Origin: Bacteroidota bacterium
GTDB taxonomy: Bacteria > Bacteroidota > Ignavibacteria > UBA10030
Length of the DNA stretch: 37,704 bases
Assembly (NCBI GenBank): GCA_041480785.1
Contig: JBGPAN010000001.1
Location: 1-37,704, forward strand
Direction: 5' to 3'
Shown: positions 26,538 through 36,400 of the stretch, one piece after another
How positions within the stretch are numbered: the first letter of the stretch is position 1
How the letters are laid out: every line of letters begins with the position of its first letter
Position numbers and translations under genes: made by a program
Notes under the pieces: generated by a model
Told to the model about the DNA's origin: nothing
The model's input: only the letters and a program-made list of their open reading frames with translations
Database searches by the model: none

Positions 26538-28850
26538 ATGCGCTTTTTCAGTATAAACAGGAGCGTTTTGTCGTTTTCCATCACATTGTTGCCTCGGGGG
26601 GTTTGCGTGAGGGTTTCACATCTGGCTCTGTCAGCCTTTTTCCTTGTTCTTTCCGTATTCACACCTTCTTTCGCGTTCATCCCGGCCGATTCAGCCAAAC
26701 AAAGTCTCCGGGCTCTTCGCATCGATGGTGATGTTGAGTTGACTGGAACCCTCTCCGACCCGCGCTGGAATCAAGCGCCGACGGCAGAGATCCGCTACGA
26801 AATCATGCCCGGAGAAAACACGCCGGCCACCGTGCGGACAACGGTTCGTATCCTGTATAATTCCGACTACGTCTATTTTGGTTTTCGCTGTGAGGATTCT
26901 GACCCATCATCGATTCGTGCTCATATCACAGATCGCGACAAGATTTCTGATGACGACAGGGTGGGAATTATTCTGGATACCTATGGAGATTTCCAGCGAT
27001 CGTACGAGTTCATTCTCAATCCTTACGGCATTCAGGCCGACTTACTGCGAACCGGCAACAACGAAGATGACAGCTTCGATACCGTGTGGAAATCTGCAGC
27101 CGCGATCAACGGTTCCGGCTGGACCGCCGAGATGGCGCTTCCATTTAAGAGCTTGCGCTTTCCTTCGCAGCAAGAGCAGAGATGGGTTGCACTCTTCTTT
27201 AGGATCTACCCACGCGCAAGCCAGTACCAGCTATCCTGGAATCCTATAAACCGGAACAATCCCTGCCTTTTATGCCAGGGGGGCATCATTGAGGGGATCG
27301 TTGATGTTCAGTCGGTCAGCTCTATTGACGTGCTCCCGTATGTCGTGGGCCAGCAGAGCGGTTCACTCGCTGATGTCTCCGATCCTCAATCCGCATTTGA
27401 GAACGGGAAAACTAAGGGCCGTGTCGGCGGAAGCGTCCGGTATTCTCCAAACCCGGACCTTGACATTGAGGCTGTCATCAACCCCGACTTCAGTCAGGTA
27501 GAATCCGATGCAACACAGATCAGCGTCAATTCGACGTTCGCTTTGAACTATCCTGAGAAGCGTCCATTTTTTCTTGTCGGATCGGATATGTACAACAACC
27601 AGACCCAGTCGTTCTATTCCCGCATGCTTAATAATCCCATCGGTGCGGCGAGGGTTCTGGGAAAATCGGGTTCGTTCTCGTTTGCCTATCTTGCAGCTGG
27701 CGATCGCAATACACCATACATTGTCCCCGGCGAAGAGAACAGCGACTTCATTTCAACGAACCTTGAATCGTTTTCTAACATTGCGCGGGCGCGCTATGAT
27801 TTCGGTGGAGAGACGTTTCTCGGAGGAATGTTGACGACGCGCAATACGGCAACCGCTCACAACTACGTCGGTGGAGTCGATTGGAATTGCCGATTCCTCG
27901 AAAACTATTCATTCACCGGCGAACTGTTCTTTTCCGACACAAAAGAAGTCAACGACCTGAGCCTGAATTCTGATACGCGGATGTTTGGGAATTCGGGGCA
28001 CAACGCTGCATTCAATGGCGAGGGTTTTGCCGGGACCAGCACACTATTGTCGTTCCAGCGCGGTGCCCGCGATTGGAGTTTTTCGCTGCGGTACATGGAT
28101 CGCACGCCAACATTTGATGCGCAGAACGGATTCGTGCCGAGCAACGACACCCGCATGGTATTCATGGAACACGACTATACCTTCTATCCCAACAACGCTT
28201 TGATCGACCAATGGACTCTGAGCGCCAATATGGGTCTTCACTTCAATCACGAAGATGAGAGGAAAGAGAAGTGGTTTGTCCCCGTTATCGGAGCCCAGTT
28301 CAAGGGCCAGATCAGCGCTTCATTGCAGTGACTGCTGGTCAACGACGAGTTGTTTCATGGGGTGCAATTCGACAACATCAACCGGGCACAGGTGAACATC
28401 AACGCCCGACCCTCCAGCAGCCTGACGTTGATGTTCAATGGGGAGTTCGGCAGGTTCATCCGGCGGTCGGATACACCGGACATGGGTATCGGACACACCA
28501 TCAGTTTGACGGTTCGTTTGCGCCCGACATTTCAGCTTCAGGTAGACGTGTCATATTCGCGCGCCAAGCTTTCGAGTGTCGCGAGCGGGGCGCTCTTTTA
28601 TGATGGCTATGTTGCGCACGCCTTGGGGGTGTACCAGTTTACGCCCGAGCTTTTCCTGCGGGTCATCGGTCAATACGACGAGTTCAACAAAGCTTTTGAT
28701 TTCTACCCACTCATCAGTTACAAGCTTAACCCGTTCACGATCTTCTATGCTGGCTCCACGTATGCACTGTTGGATTTTGGAGATCCGTTCGGGGTGAAAC
28801 AAACAACCCGTCAGTATTTTTTGAAACTCCAGTACTTGTTGCGAAGTTGA
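26538..28850 (+). pseudogene. CBM9-like/DUF5916 outer-membrane protein gene interrupted by an in-frame TGA (28329-28331)
   Basis: Track ORFs 26409..28331 and 28350..28850 are in the same frame (offset 1941 nt). They are separated only by ...ISASLQ*LLVNDELFHGVQF.... N-terminal part: LRIDGDVELTG.LSDPRWNQAP...ILYNSDYVYFGFRCEDSDP...DDRVGIILDTYGD (CBM9/DOMON-like). The rest is a beta-barrel ending ...RQYFLKLQYLLRS. The start is set at ATG 26538 and is uncertain. Confidence 0.65.
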
Positions 28851-28853
28851 CGC
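28809..28853 (+). repeat. Direct repeat DR1 (45 nt; last 13 codons plus stop of the DUF5916 gene)
   Basis: CGTCAGTATTTTTTGAAACTCCAGTACTTGTTGCGAAGTTGACGC. It matches 30474-30518 at 42 of 45 positions, same orientation. Confidence 0.85.
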
Positions 28854-28983
28854 AACGAAGATGCAGCCGATGGAGATACGCGTCATTGAAGAAAGAACTT
28901 GTACCCGGTTTTCTGCACCCATAAGCGATTGGATACTCAAACATGTCACTGTTGTCAAACAACAACCTTTGAAGGAAACTGCT

Positions 28984-30306
28984 ATGGACACGACACGTCG
29001 AACCCTCTGCACCATCGTCATTGCTGCGTCATTTTTCATTGCGGCCAGATCATCCGCGCAGACTCCATCCGACACAGGCGTCACGGTCATTCACGCTGGG
29101 CGCATGTTCGACAGCGAGAAGGTGGTCTTCGTCGAAACGCAGGATATCATCGTCAAGAACAAGCGAGTTGAAGCCGTCGGACAGAATTTGCCCGTTCCAT
29201 CCGGTGCTCGCGAGATTGACTTGCGCAACTGCACGGTCCTGCCCGGCCTCATCGATGCTCACACTCACCTTCTTTATTTGGAGGATCCTTTCAAAGGCCT
29301 TTCCATGGACGGAGTCAAAGCGGTCATCTACGAAGGCACACCGTTGCGTGCGTTACACGGTGCGGCTCGAGCGCGGACATTTCTCGCCGCTGGGATTACG
29401 ACCGTGCGTGACCTCGGAAACTCCGGGCAATACGGTGATGTCGCGCTCCGAGACGCGATCAAAGACGGCAGCCTCGATGGACCAAGGATGTTTGTCTCGG
29501 GTCCCGGTTTGAGTCCGGAAGGAGGGCAATTCGCGGGACTGCGGCAGAACCACAAAGCTATTGCAGAGGAGGAATAGCGGATCGTTCACGGCCCCGAAGA
29601 TGCCGCACATGCTGTTCAGGAGAACACAAACTACGGGGCGGACCTGATCAAGATCTATTCGAACAGCACCCCAAACCGTGGATACCTGTCGCTTACAGAA
29701 ATGAAAGCAATCGTCGAAGAAGCCAAGATTCTGAATGTCAAGGTGACAGCACACGCGACCAACAACGCGGCAATCTGGCGGGCCGTGCAGGCAGGTGTCA
29801 ATTCCATTGATCACGCGTACCAAGTTGATGATACGACGCTTTCGCTAATGCGCGACCGCGGCGTTGCGATGCTTCCATCGGACATCGATAGCATCACGAT
29901 CATAAACCTGACAAAGCGTGCTCCGAGCGATATGAAGATGTCTCCCGAACAAATCTCGATGTACCTCGCAGGTGGCCGCACCCGCCTGCAGCGAGCGCTG
30001 AAAGCGGGCGTCACGATCGTTGCCGGCTCTGACAACTACATTCAGACTGGTCTGCCTCAGGGCGAAGCAGCGAAGCACGTTCTCATCGCATACGCTGAGG
30101 CCGGAATGAAACCCGTACAGATTTTGCGAGCAGCAACATGGAATGCCGCTGAGTTGCTGGGAATGAAAAACCGGCTGGGCGTCATCAAACCTGGCGCGTT
30201 TGCGGACATCGTTGGTGTCGAAGGGAATGTCGAGGTGGACATGCGCGTTATTGAGAACGTCCGATTTGTCATAAAAGATGGGACCATCTACGCTGGACGG
30301 AAATAG
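28984..30306 (+). pseudogene. Secreted metal-dependent amidohydrolase (imidazolonepropionase/prolidase-like) interrupted by an in-frame TAG (29575-29577)
   Basis: Track ORFs 28861..29577 and 29701..30306 share a frame. Reading through gives ...HKAIAEEE*RIVHGPEDAAHAVQENTNYGADLIKIYSN...MKAIVEEAKILNVKVTAHA.... PGLIDAHTHL and ...VTAHA..., ...SIDHA... are amidohydrolase metal-ligand blocks. ATG 28984 has GAAGGAAA upstream and gives signal peptide MDTTRRTLCTIVIAASFFIAARSSAQ. Confidence 0.7.
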
Positions 30307-30473
30307 GCGGGAAGTCCATAGATAGCGTATTAAGGCCTATGCTTGAAGCCTCGAACCGAAGATTGCGAGGCCTAAAACAGATCTAACCGTGTATCGAATA
30401 AGACCCCTTTTGCTTCGCCGCTCTTGCTTTTCGCTATCTCCTTGTTCACCGCGGCCAGCTTGCGCTTTGCCGA

Positions 30474-30518
30474 CGTCAGTATTTTCTGAAACTCCAGTAC
30501 TTGTTGTGAAGTTGATGC
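30474..30518 (+). repeat. Direct repeat DR2 (45 nt, intergenic copy of the DUF5916 3' end)
   Basis: CGTCAGTATTTTCTGAAACTCCAGTACTTGTTGTGAAGTTGATGC. Similarity to DR1 stops sharply on both sides. Confidence 0.85.
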
Positions 30519-30631
30519 CGGGGGATTAGACTTCGTCGAGGCGGTGCCGCCTTGACGCAATTGACTTTCACCCGAATCTCTGCTTACTTTGTACAACTTA
30601 TCGAACCGTGTCATTCAGCACTTCGACTCCC

Positions 30632-31834
30632 ATGAAAACCAAACTTGTCGTTCTCCTTCTTCTTGCCGCGAGCATTTGTGTCGCGCAGAAGCGCTACTAC
30701 AAGGGCAATACTCATACACATTCATCTCCCCAGAGTGGTGACGCCGCAAAAACCTGGACACCGGATACTGTTGTCGCGAGTTACAAGGCTGCTGGTTATG
30801 ACTTCCTCGTTTTCACGGACCACGTAAGCTACTGGAATGCGAGCGGCCTGTCATCGCCTGAGTTCACGGTCATCAGCGGCGAAGAGGCTGGTCTCTCCGG
30901 TGGCGGGCGATGGGGGCACTTCACCGCGATGAGGATTCAAAGCCAGATCGGTAGCACAGGGAAAACGCATCAGCAGTTAATCGATGAGATTACATCACAG
31001 GGGGGGGTAGCATTTCTCAATCATCCACGCTGGAATGTCATCCCGATCAACGCGCTGCAAGTGATCAACGACATGAAACAGAATCTCCGTCACGTCGAAG
31101 TGTTCAATGGGAATACCGACACGCCCACAACGTTTGACACCTCGCTCTGGGACAGTGTCCTGACGTCGGGGAGACTTATGTTTGGCGTAGCAAGTGACGA
31201 TGCACACAAGCCGAGTCATCTTGGCAAGGGATGGATTTGTGTCTACGCTTCTTCGAGGCACCCGGATACACTCCTCAACGCAATCCGCAACGGCGAGTTT
31301 TATGCCAGCAATGGTATTGTACTCGACACCACCGGATACCGGCCGGACAAGATTTTTGTACGAAGCGTGAATGGATCGGTGATTCGGTTCATTGGCAGCG
31401 GCGGGACATTGCTGGCGACTGTTGCCGCCAATGAAGCCACCTATACTATCAAGAGGAACGAGGGGTACGTCCGTGCCGAAATCGCCAACAGCCTGAACCA
31501 GACCGCGTGGATTCAGCCGTTCATGATTCCTCGGGCAACACCGGTCGATGGTAAAGAGTCTTCTCTTGTTCCGGAATCGCCAACGCTGTATCAGAATTAT
31601 CCGAACCCGTTCAACCCGAGCACAACCATTGGCTACGCATTGCCGCGGGCGGCAACTGTGTCGCTGAAGATCCTCAACACGCTCGGCCAACTTGTGGCGA
31701 CGATCGTCAACGAGCACAAGGATGCCGGGTCCTATCGTATTCAATGGAATGCAAACGTGCCGAGCGGAGTGTATTTCTCTCGACTTGAGGCGGAGAGTTT
31801 TGTGCAAACGCAGAAGGTGATCTTGCTACATTGA
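30632..31834 (+). CDS. PHP-domain-like metal-dependent phosphoesterase with a T9SS C-terminal sorting domain
   Basis: Signal peptide MKTKLVVLLLLAASICVAQ. GNTHTHSS, LVFTDH, LNHP and SDDAH are PHP/CehA-type His/Asp blocks. The tail YQNYPNPFNPSTTIGYALP...GVYFSRLEAESFVQTQKVILLH is a T9SS CTD. Confidence 0.7.
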   Translation: MKTKLVVLLLLAASICVAQKRYYKGNTHTHSSPQSGDAAKTWTPDTVVASYKAAGYDFLVFTDHVSYWNASGLSSPEFTVISGEEAGLSGGGRWGHFTAMRIQSQIGSTGKTHQQLIDEITSQGGVAFLNHPRWNVIPINALQVINDMKQNLRHVEVFNGNTDTPTTFDTSLWDSVLTSGRLMFGVASDDAHKPSHLGKGWICVYASSRHPDTLLNAIRNGEFYASNGIVLDTTGYRPDKIFVRSVNGSVIRFIGSGGTLLATVAANEATYTIKRNEGYVRAEIANSLNQTAWIQPFMIPRATPVDGKESSLVPESPTLYQNYPNPFNPSTTIGYALPRAATVSLKILNTLGQLVATIVNEHKDAGSYRIQWNANVPSGVYFSRLEAESFVQTQKVILLH

Positions 31835-31860
31835 GCGAACGGTGGTGCGATCTGCAACAT

Positions 31861-31897
31861 ATACCAAGGGCTCAGCGATCCGCTGGGCCCTTGGTAT
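31861..31897 (+). terminator. Intrinsic-terminator-like hairpin after the PHP/T9SS gene
   Basis: ATACCAAGGGC-t-CAGCG-atc-CGCTG-g-GCCCTTGGTAT, followed by TTCTC. It starts 27 nt after the stop codon. Confidence 0.55.
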
Positions 31898-32185
31898 TTC
31901 TCGGTCTGAGATATCTCCACCTCAAATAACCACCCGGATCCTCCGAATACTTCTGCGGTGTGGCCACGCAGCTTGTTGCTAACGCACAGAGATCTTCCTT
32001 GACTTTTTCTCATTCCCGGTAATTCTAAAAAATACCGAGCTTACGGTATTGCACTTTCACGAGGGCTTATGTACCCTTCATTTGAGATGCTTCGACAAGC
32101 CCAGCGGGGGGATTCGTGGAGACAAAAAGAATGATTTTGCTGAAGTAAGCCTGCAACTGCCCTGTCATCACCGAGGAGGAATCTG

Positions 32186-32977
32186 ATGAAACTCATGATG
32201 GTCATTCGTACGATTGTTTTACTTGGCTTAACTTTTTTGTGCGCGTGCACGAATCCTGCGGGCGATGATGCTGTATTTATGCCGGATGGTTTGGTTGCAT
32301 ACTATCGTCTGAACGGCAACACGGAGGACAAAAGCGGAAAGGGTCACAATGGTACTGTTGCCGATGCTCTCCCCACTGTCGATCGCCTCGGAAAGGATAA
32401 CTCCGCTCTCAGTTTCAACGGCAGCACCAGCTACGTCCGATGCGGTGATATCCTCGACGATGTATTCTGTTACCCTGTTGCGAGGTTCAGCATTGCGGGA
32501 TGGGCTAAAACGAGAACCATGGGGACTTTTGCTCATGGCGGGGGACTCATCATAGGAAAGAGTGCGGGTGGCACCTATGGTCCATACCAATGGGGCGTGA
32601 CTCACGTCGACGGGATTATTTACGCAGCTGTCATGTCCGATCCAACTGCGCAAAACTACATTGGAATTTCGAGTCCGATGCCAGCCAATCAATGGTTCCA
32701 TTTCGTGCTCGTGTTCGATGGGAGTCTGGCGCAATCTGATAGAATCCAACTCTATGTCAACGGGGAGTCTGTCAACTCGAAGATCTTTCAGCGTGTGGGC
32801 AACCTGGGCACCTCGACAACGAATAGCCAGCAGGAGGTGACGATCGGAGCGGGGCACGCGGCCGGTTATCCTCAAATCCCAAACAACTGCTACGATGGCG
32901 ACGTTGATGAGATCCGGATATACGACAGGGCGCTTACGTTTGCAGAGCAGCACGATTTGTACGTTGCAAAAAACTAG
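32186..32977 (+). CDS. LamG (concanavalin-A-like lectin) domain lipoprotein
   Basis: Lipobox LTFLCAC. LVAYYRLNGNTEDKSGKGHNGT...ALSFNGSTSYV...WFHFVLVFDG...LYVNGE...DGDVDEIRIYDRALT is the usual LamG_3 pattern. GAGGAGGA lies 6 nt upstream of the ATG. Confidence 0.8.
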   Translation: MKLMMVIRTIVLLGLTFLCACTNPAGDDAVFMPDGLVAYYRLNGNTEDKSGKGHNGTVADALPTVDRLGKDNSALSFNGSTSYVRCGDILDDVFCYPVARFSIAGWAKTRTMGTFAHGGGLIIGKSAGGTYGPYQWGVTHVDGIIYAAVMSDPTAQNYIGISSPMPANQWFHFVLVFDGSLAQSDRIQLYVNGESVNSKIFQRVGNLGTSTTNSQQEVTIGAGHAAGYPQIPNNCYDGDVDEIRIYDRALTFAEQHDLYVAKN

Positions 32978-33087
32978 AGGAGCGGATGGAAACCACATTG
33001 TCACCCCGAAATTTTCCGCTCTTTGTTCCGCTGTTTGAATCCCGACCTGCGGAAGATCGAGAGCGGGCGAACGGACAAGCCATCTAT

Positions 33088-33154
33088 CACACACTCGTTC
33101 CCATCTCTCGCCCCACGTGTCTCCCACGAGAGGGGACGTTTGGTTCGCGATATG
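33088..33154 (+). repeat. Copy B of the ~70-nt hairpin-bearing intergenic repeat (REP-like)
   Basis: See copy A. The stem is CTCTCG (33105-33110) / CGAGAG (33127-33132). Confidence 0.7.
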
Positions 33155-33235
33155 AAGATACGATCAGGCCAAGCACATCATTCCCGACCGTTTCTTATCT
33201 TACTCCATCTCTGTAACACCCGGATTAGAGAATAC

Positions 33236-33450
33236 ATGGCCGAACGCTGGATTTCCATTATCATCGCAATCGCTGCAATTGGACTTGGAATTGACAACAT
33301 CGTCAATGAACGCGGTTCGCATATCTTCGGCCGTCTTGGCCCGCACTAACAGGAATCGCAGCCGTGGTTGAAGGAATTGTCTTCATCGCCGTCGGGTGTG
33401 TCTTGTTCTACAGGGTGTGGGCAAAACGAGATCAATCAACAAAGAGATGA
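33236..33450 (+). pseudogene. Possible frameshifted small two-TM membrane protein gene
   Basis: The frame starting at ATG 33236 gives MAERWISIIIAIAAIGLGIDNIVNERGSHIFGRLGPH* (stop at 33347-33349). The -1 frame continues ...PALTGIAAVVEGIVFIAVGCVLFYRVWAKRDQSTKR*. Its TGA (33448-33450) overlaps the GH38 ATG (ATGA). Confidence 0.3.
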
Positions 33451-36400
33451 GGGTCAGCCATATGAGTTGGAAGCTTCGATCGACGGTTGTCGCGCTCATG
33501 GTGCTTGTCGCCGCCGGAATTTCCTTTGGTCAATTTAAGGAATCTGTCGAGCGAAACGCCCGAGCGCTTCAGAAAATCCGGGGATGCGTTGAGGGCTATG
33601 CCGAAGCGATAAGCGGTGAGGTTATCGACTATCCGAGAATCCGGGACAATCGCCCAGAGGCTCTCATCACACGGGCCACCACCGGCACAATGGCAATCGA
33701 GTGGAAGTCCCAGCGCGTGCCGGCAACCACGAGCGGAAAAGAGGTTAGCTTTGTTGTGAGTGCTGGCATCATGGCGCGCCCCAATACGGTTTTCGGGTTT
33801 CGGCTCCTTGTCAACAATACGGCGGGATGCCACTTTTCAACAGTCGACACCCTGAGCTGGGAGGCAACCGATAGCAGTGGAATCAGGCTTGTCTTTGACG
33901 GTGTCATGCGTGACCAACACACAGATGCCTTTGGCTACCTGCGCATATACGTCCCGGTTGAACTGATTACGCCGGGTCAACCGGTGCGATTCAAGGCGAT
34001 TGGCGACAGTGCGGGATCGCGAGTGTGGTTCATGGTTTTCAAGGATTCAGCTGTACTCGCATATGTTGCTGAACGCGTGGCAAACGAGGCCTTCTGCGAC
34101 ATCTCTCTCCAAACCAGCGGCGCACAATATGCAGCGATGCTTGATGTTCCTTCGTCATGGATTGCGCGACATCTTACGTGTGCCGCGGGCGGGACACAGC
34201 CCCGAGCGATAAACATTGCTGCGGAGACTTTTGGCGCGCACGCCGCTTTCACGTTCGCGGGAAAACCAACGGATCGGTTCCAACTCAACGTCGACGGTGA
34301 AACTCCTGTTGACATCAAGAACCTCTCCGGGACCGTCAATGAAACGAAGCTTTTTTCAAGGAGCCTCCAATCATTGAAAGGTCGATCCACGTCGAATAGC
34401 GGATATTCCCTGGAATATCGGTCGACCTATGCACCGCACCTTGGCCAATCCCTTATTGAACTCTCGGATGTCAACAAGGCTGGAAGCAAACTGCACCTCA
34501 TCATCTCCACCCATCAGGATATCGCCTGGATGGATTCTCCCGAGCAATGCATCAAAGATCGGGACGAGAAGATTCTCACGCCAACGCTCGAAATTATGAA
34601 GACGGACCCGAACTACCGTTTCGATCTCGAGGATGTCTTGTTCCTGCGCGAATACGTTGAGCGCCATCCTGATCGCAAAGAAGAACTACGCAAGTATATT
34701 GCAGAAGGAAGGCTCGGTGTCGGAGCGTCGTACAATCAGCCGTACGAAGATTTGTGTTCTGGCGAGATGCTTGTCCGCGAATTTTACGCCGGCAGAAAGT
34801 GGTTCAGGAAAAACTTTCCCGGTTGCGACACCCGCACATATTGGAATCCCGATGTTCCCGGACGAACGATGCAGATGCCGCAGATCATGCAAAAAGCGGG
34901 AGTGAATCACCTCCTCATCAGCCGTTTCGAAAAAGGTCTGTATACATGGCTCAGCCCGGACGGCTCAGGGGTACTCACGTTTAGCCCAGGCCACTATGGC
35001 GATTTTTTCGAACGTGTCGGACGCAAGGGGTTTCCAGAGATCGCCGGCTACGTTGCCTCATTCGCGCGCAATTGGAGCAGCTCCATAAAAAATGGCAGCG
35101 CAAATGCCCCAATCGTTTCCATGAGCGACATGAGCACTCCCGTCCGGTACGATGATATGATAGAAACGTGGAACGGAATCAAGTCTCTCAATCAACTCTC
35201 AGGCGAAATGCGGGCGCTTGTACTTCCACCGATCCGTTATTCAAACGCAGAACCGTTTCTCAACGCGGTTTCTTCCGAAAACCTTTTGCTCCCCGTTGTC
35301 AAAGGCGAGCGCCCCAACATCTGGCTCTACATCCACGGTCCAACGCATCATTGGGCCGTCTCGGCGAAACGCGAAGCGGATGTCACCCTCCCTGCGGCAG
35401 AGACGTTTTCCACCATTGATGCCCTTCTGGCAAAATCGTTTGCACACTATCCGCAGAAGGAACTCACTTCGGCATGGGAATCGCAAATCTACCCCGACCA
35501 TGGATGGGGTGGGAAGAACGGGGAGATCACCGATAGTACATTTCGGGCGAAATATGAATATGTGCGCGACGTCGCGAAAAGCGTTCTCGCACGCTCCACA
35601 GGTGCTATCGCGGTGCGAATCAGAACGTCGCAGAGCAAGGGAATCCCTGTCGTAGTCTTCAACAGTCTTTCGTGGAAGAGGACAAATGCTGTTCGTTTTA
35701 CAGTAACATTCCCCGTTGGCGCGCAAAAGAAAGGTGTGGCTGTCCATGATGCGGGCGGAAGGCCTCTTCCTTCTCAAATTCTGTCGGTCAGTCAGCACGG
35801 CGATGGGAGCATCAGATCCATCGAACTGCTCTTCACTGCCACAGACGTCCCCCCTGTCGGCTATGCGACGTACTATTTGCGCCCGTCGCCGCGTGCCGCT
35901 GTACCCGATACCACATCGGCACCGCTCGCTATTTTGCAGAACCGGTTCTACCGGGTTTTCCTTGGCGAAGGAGGGGTTCGCCAGATCATCGATGCCGAAT
36001 TGAACAGGGAGATTCTCAATACGGAGAAGTTTCTTGGCGGGGAGTTGTTCACGATGCAATCCGTTGGAGAAGATGCCGGTGAATGGTCAGAACCTCAGCA
36101 GCCGACAATGGAGGGCTTTGAGAGACTCAGCAGTTATAGGCCCGTCTGGCGCCTCGCGGAATCGGGACCTGTCAGGCAGGTTGTTGAAATGAAGCAGGAG
36201 ATCAACCACGCTACTCTTCTGCAGCGGGTTATCCTCTATAGCGAGTTGAAGCAAATCGATTTCGAAACATCACTCCTAAAATGGGATGGCGCAAAATATC
36301 GGGAATTCCGCCTTGCGTTTCCACTCAAGATGCAACGAGGACAAGTTGCATATGAGGTTCCTTTCGGAACTGTCGAGGTGGGGAACGACGAAATGAAGGG

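Noticed and set aside
28329-28331. The in-frame TGA read as selenocysteine, or as evidence for an alternative genetic code (TGA = Trp or Gly).
   Set aside because: TGA cleanly terminates at least five well-delimited genes in this window. I can fold no hairpin from the ~40 nt following the codon (CTGCTGGTCAACGACGAGTTGTTTCATGG...). An outer-membrane beta-barrel is not a plausible selenoprotein.
28838-28856. The palindrome GTTGCG-aagttga-CGCAAC at the end of DR1, considered as an integron attC-like or cassette recombination site.
   Set aside because: The palindrome is not kept in DR2 (GTTGTGAAGTTGATGCC). There are no R'/R'' core sites and no integron integrase in the window.
30372-30614. 80-aa minus-strand ORF in the spacer between the amidohydrolase and PHP genes.
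   Set aside because: It has no SD and spans DR2, so part of it is simply the antisense of the duplicated gene end (STSQQVLEFQKILT also appears antisense to DR1). I recognise no motif. It remains possible but is unsupported.
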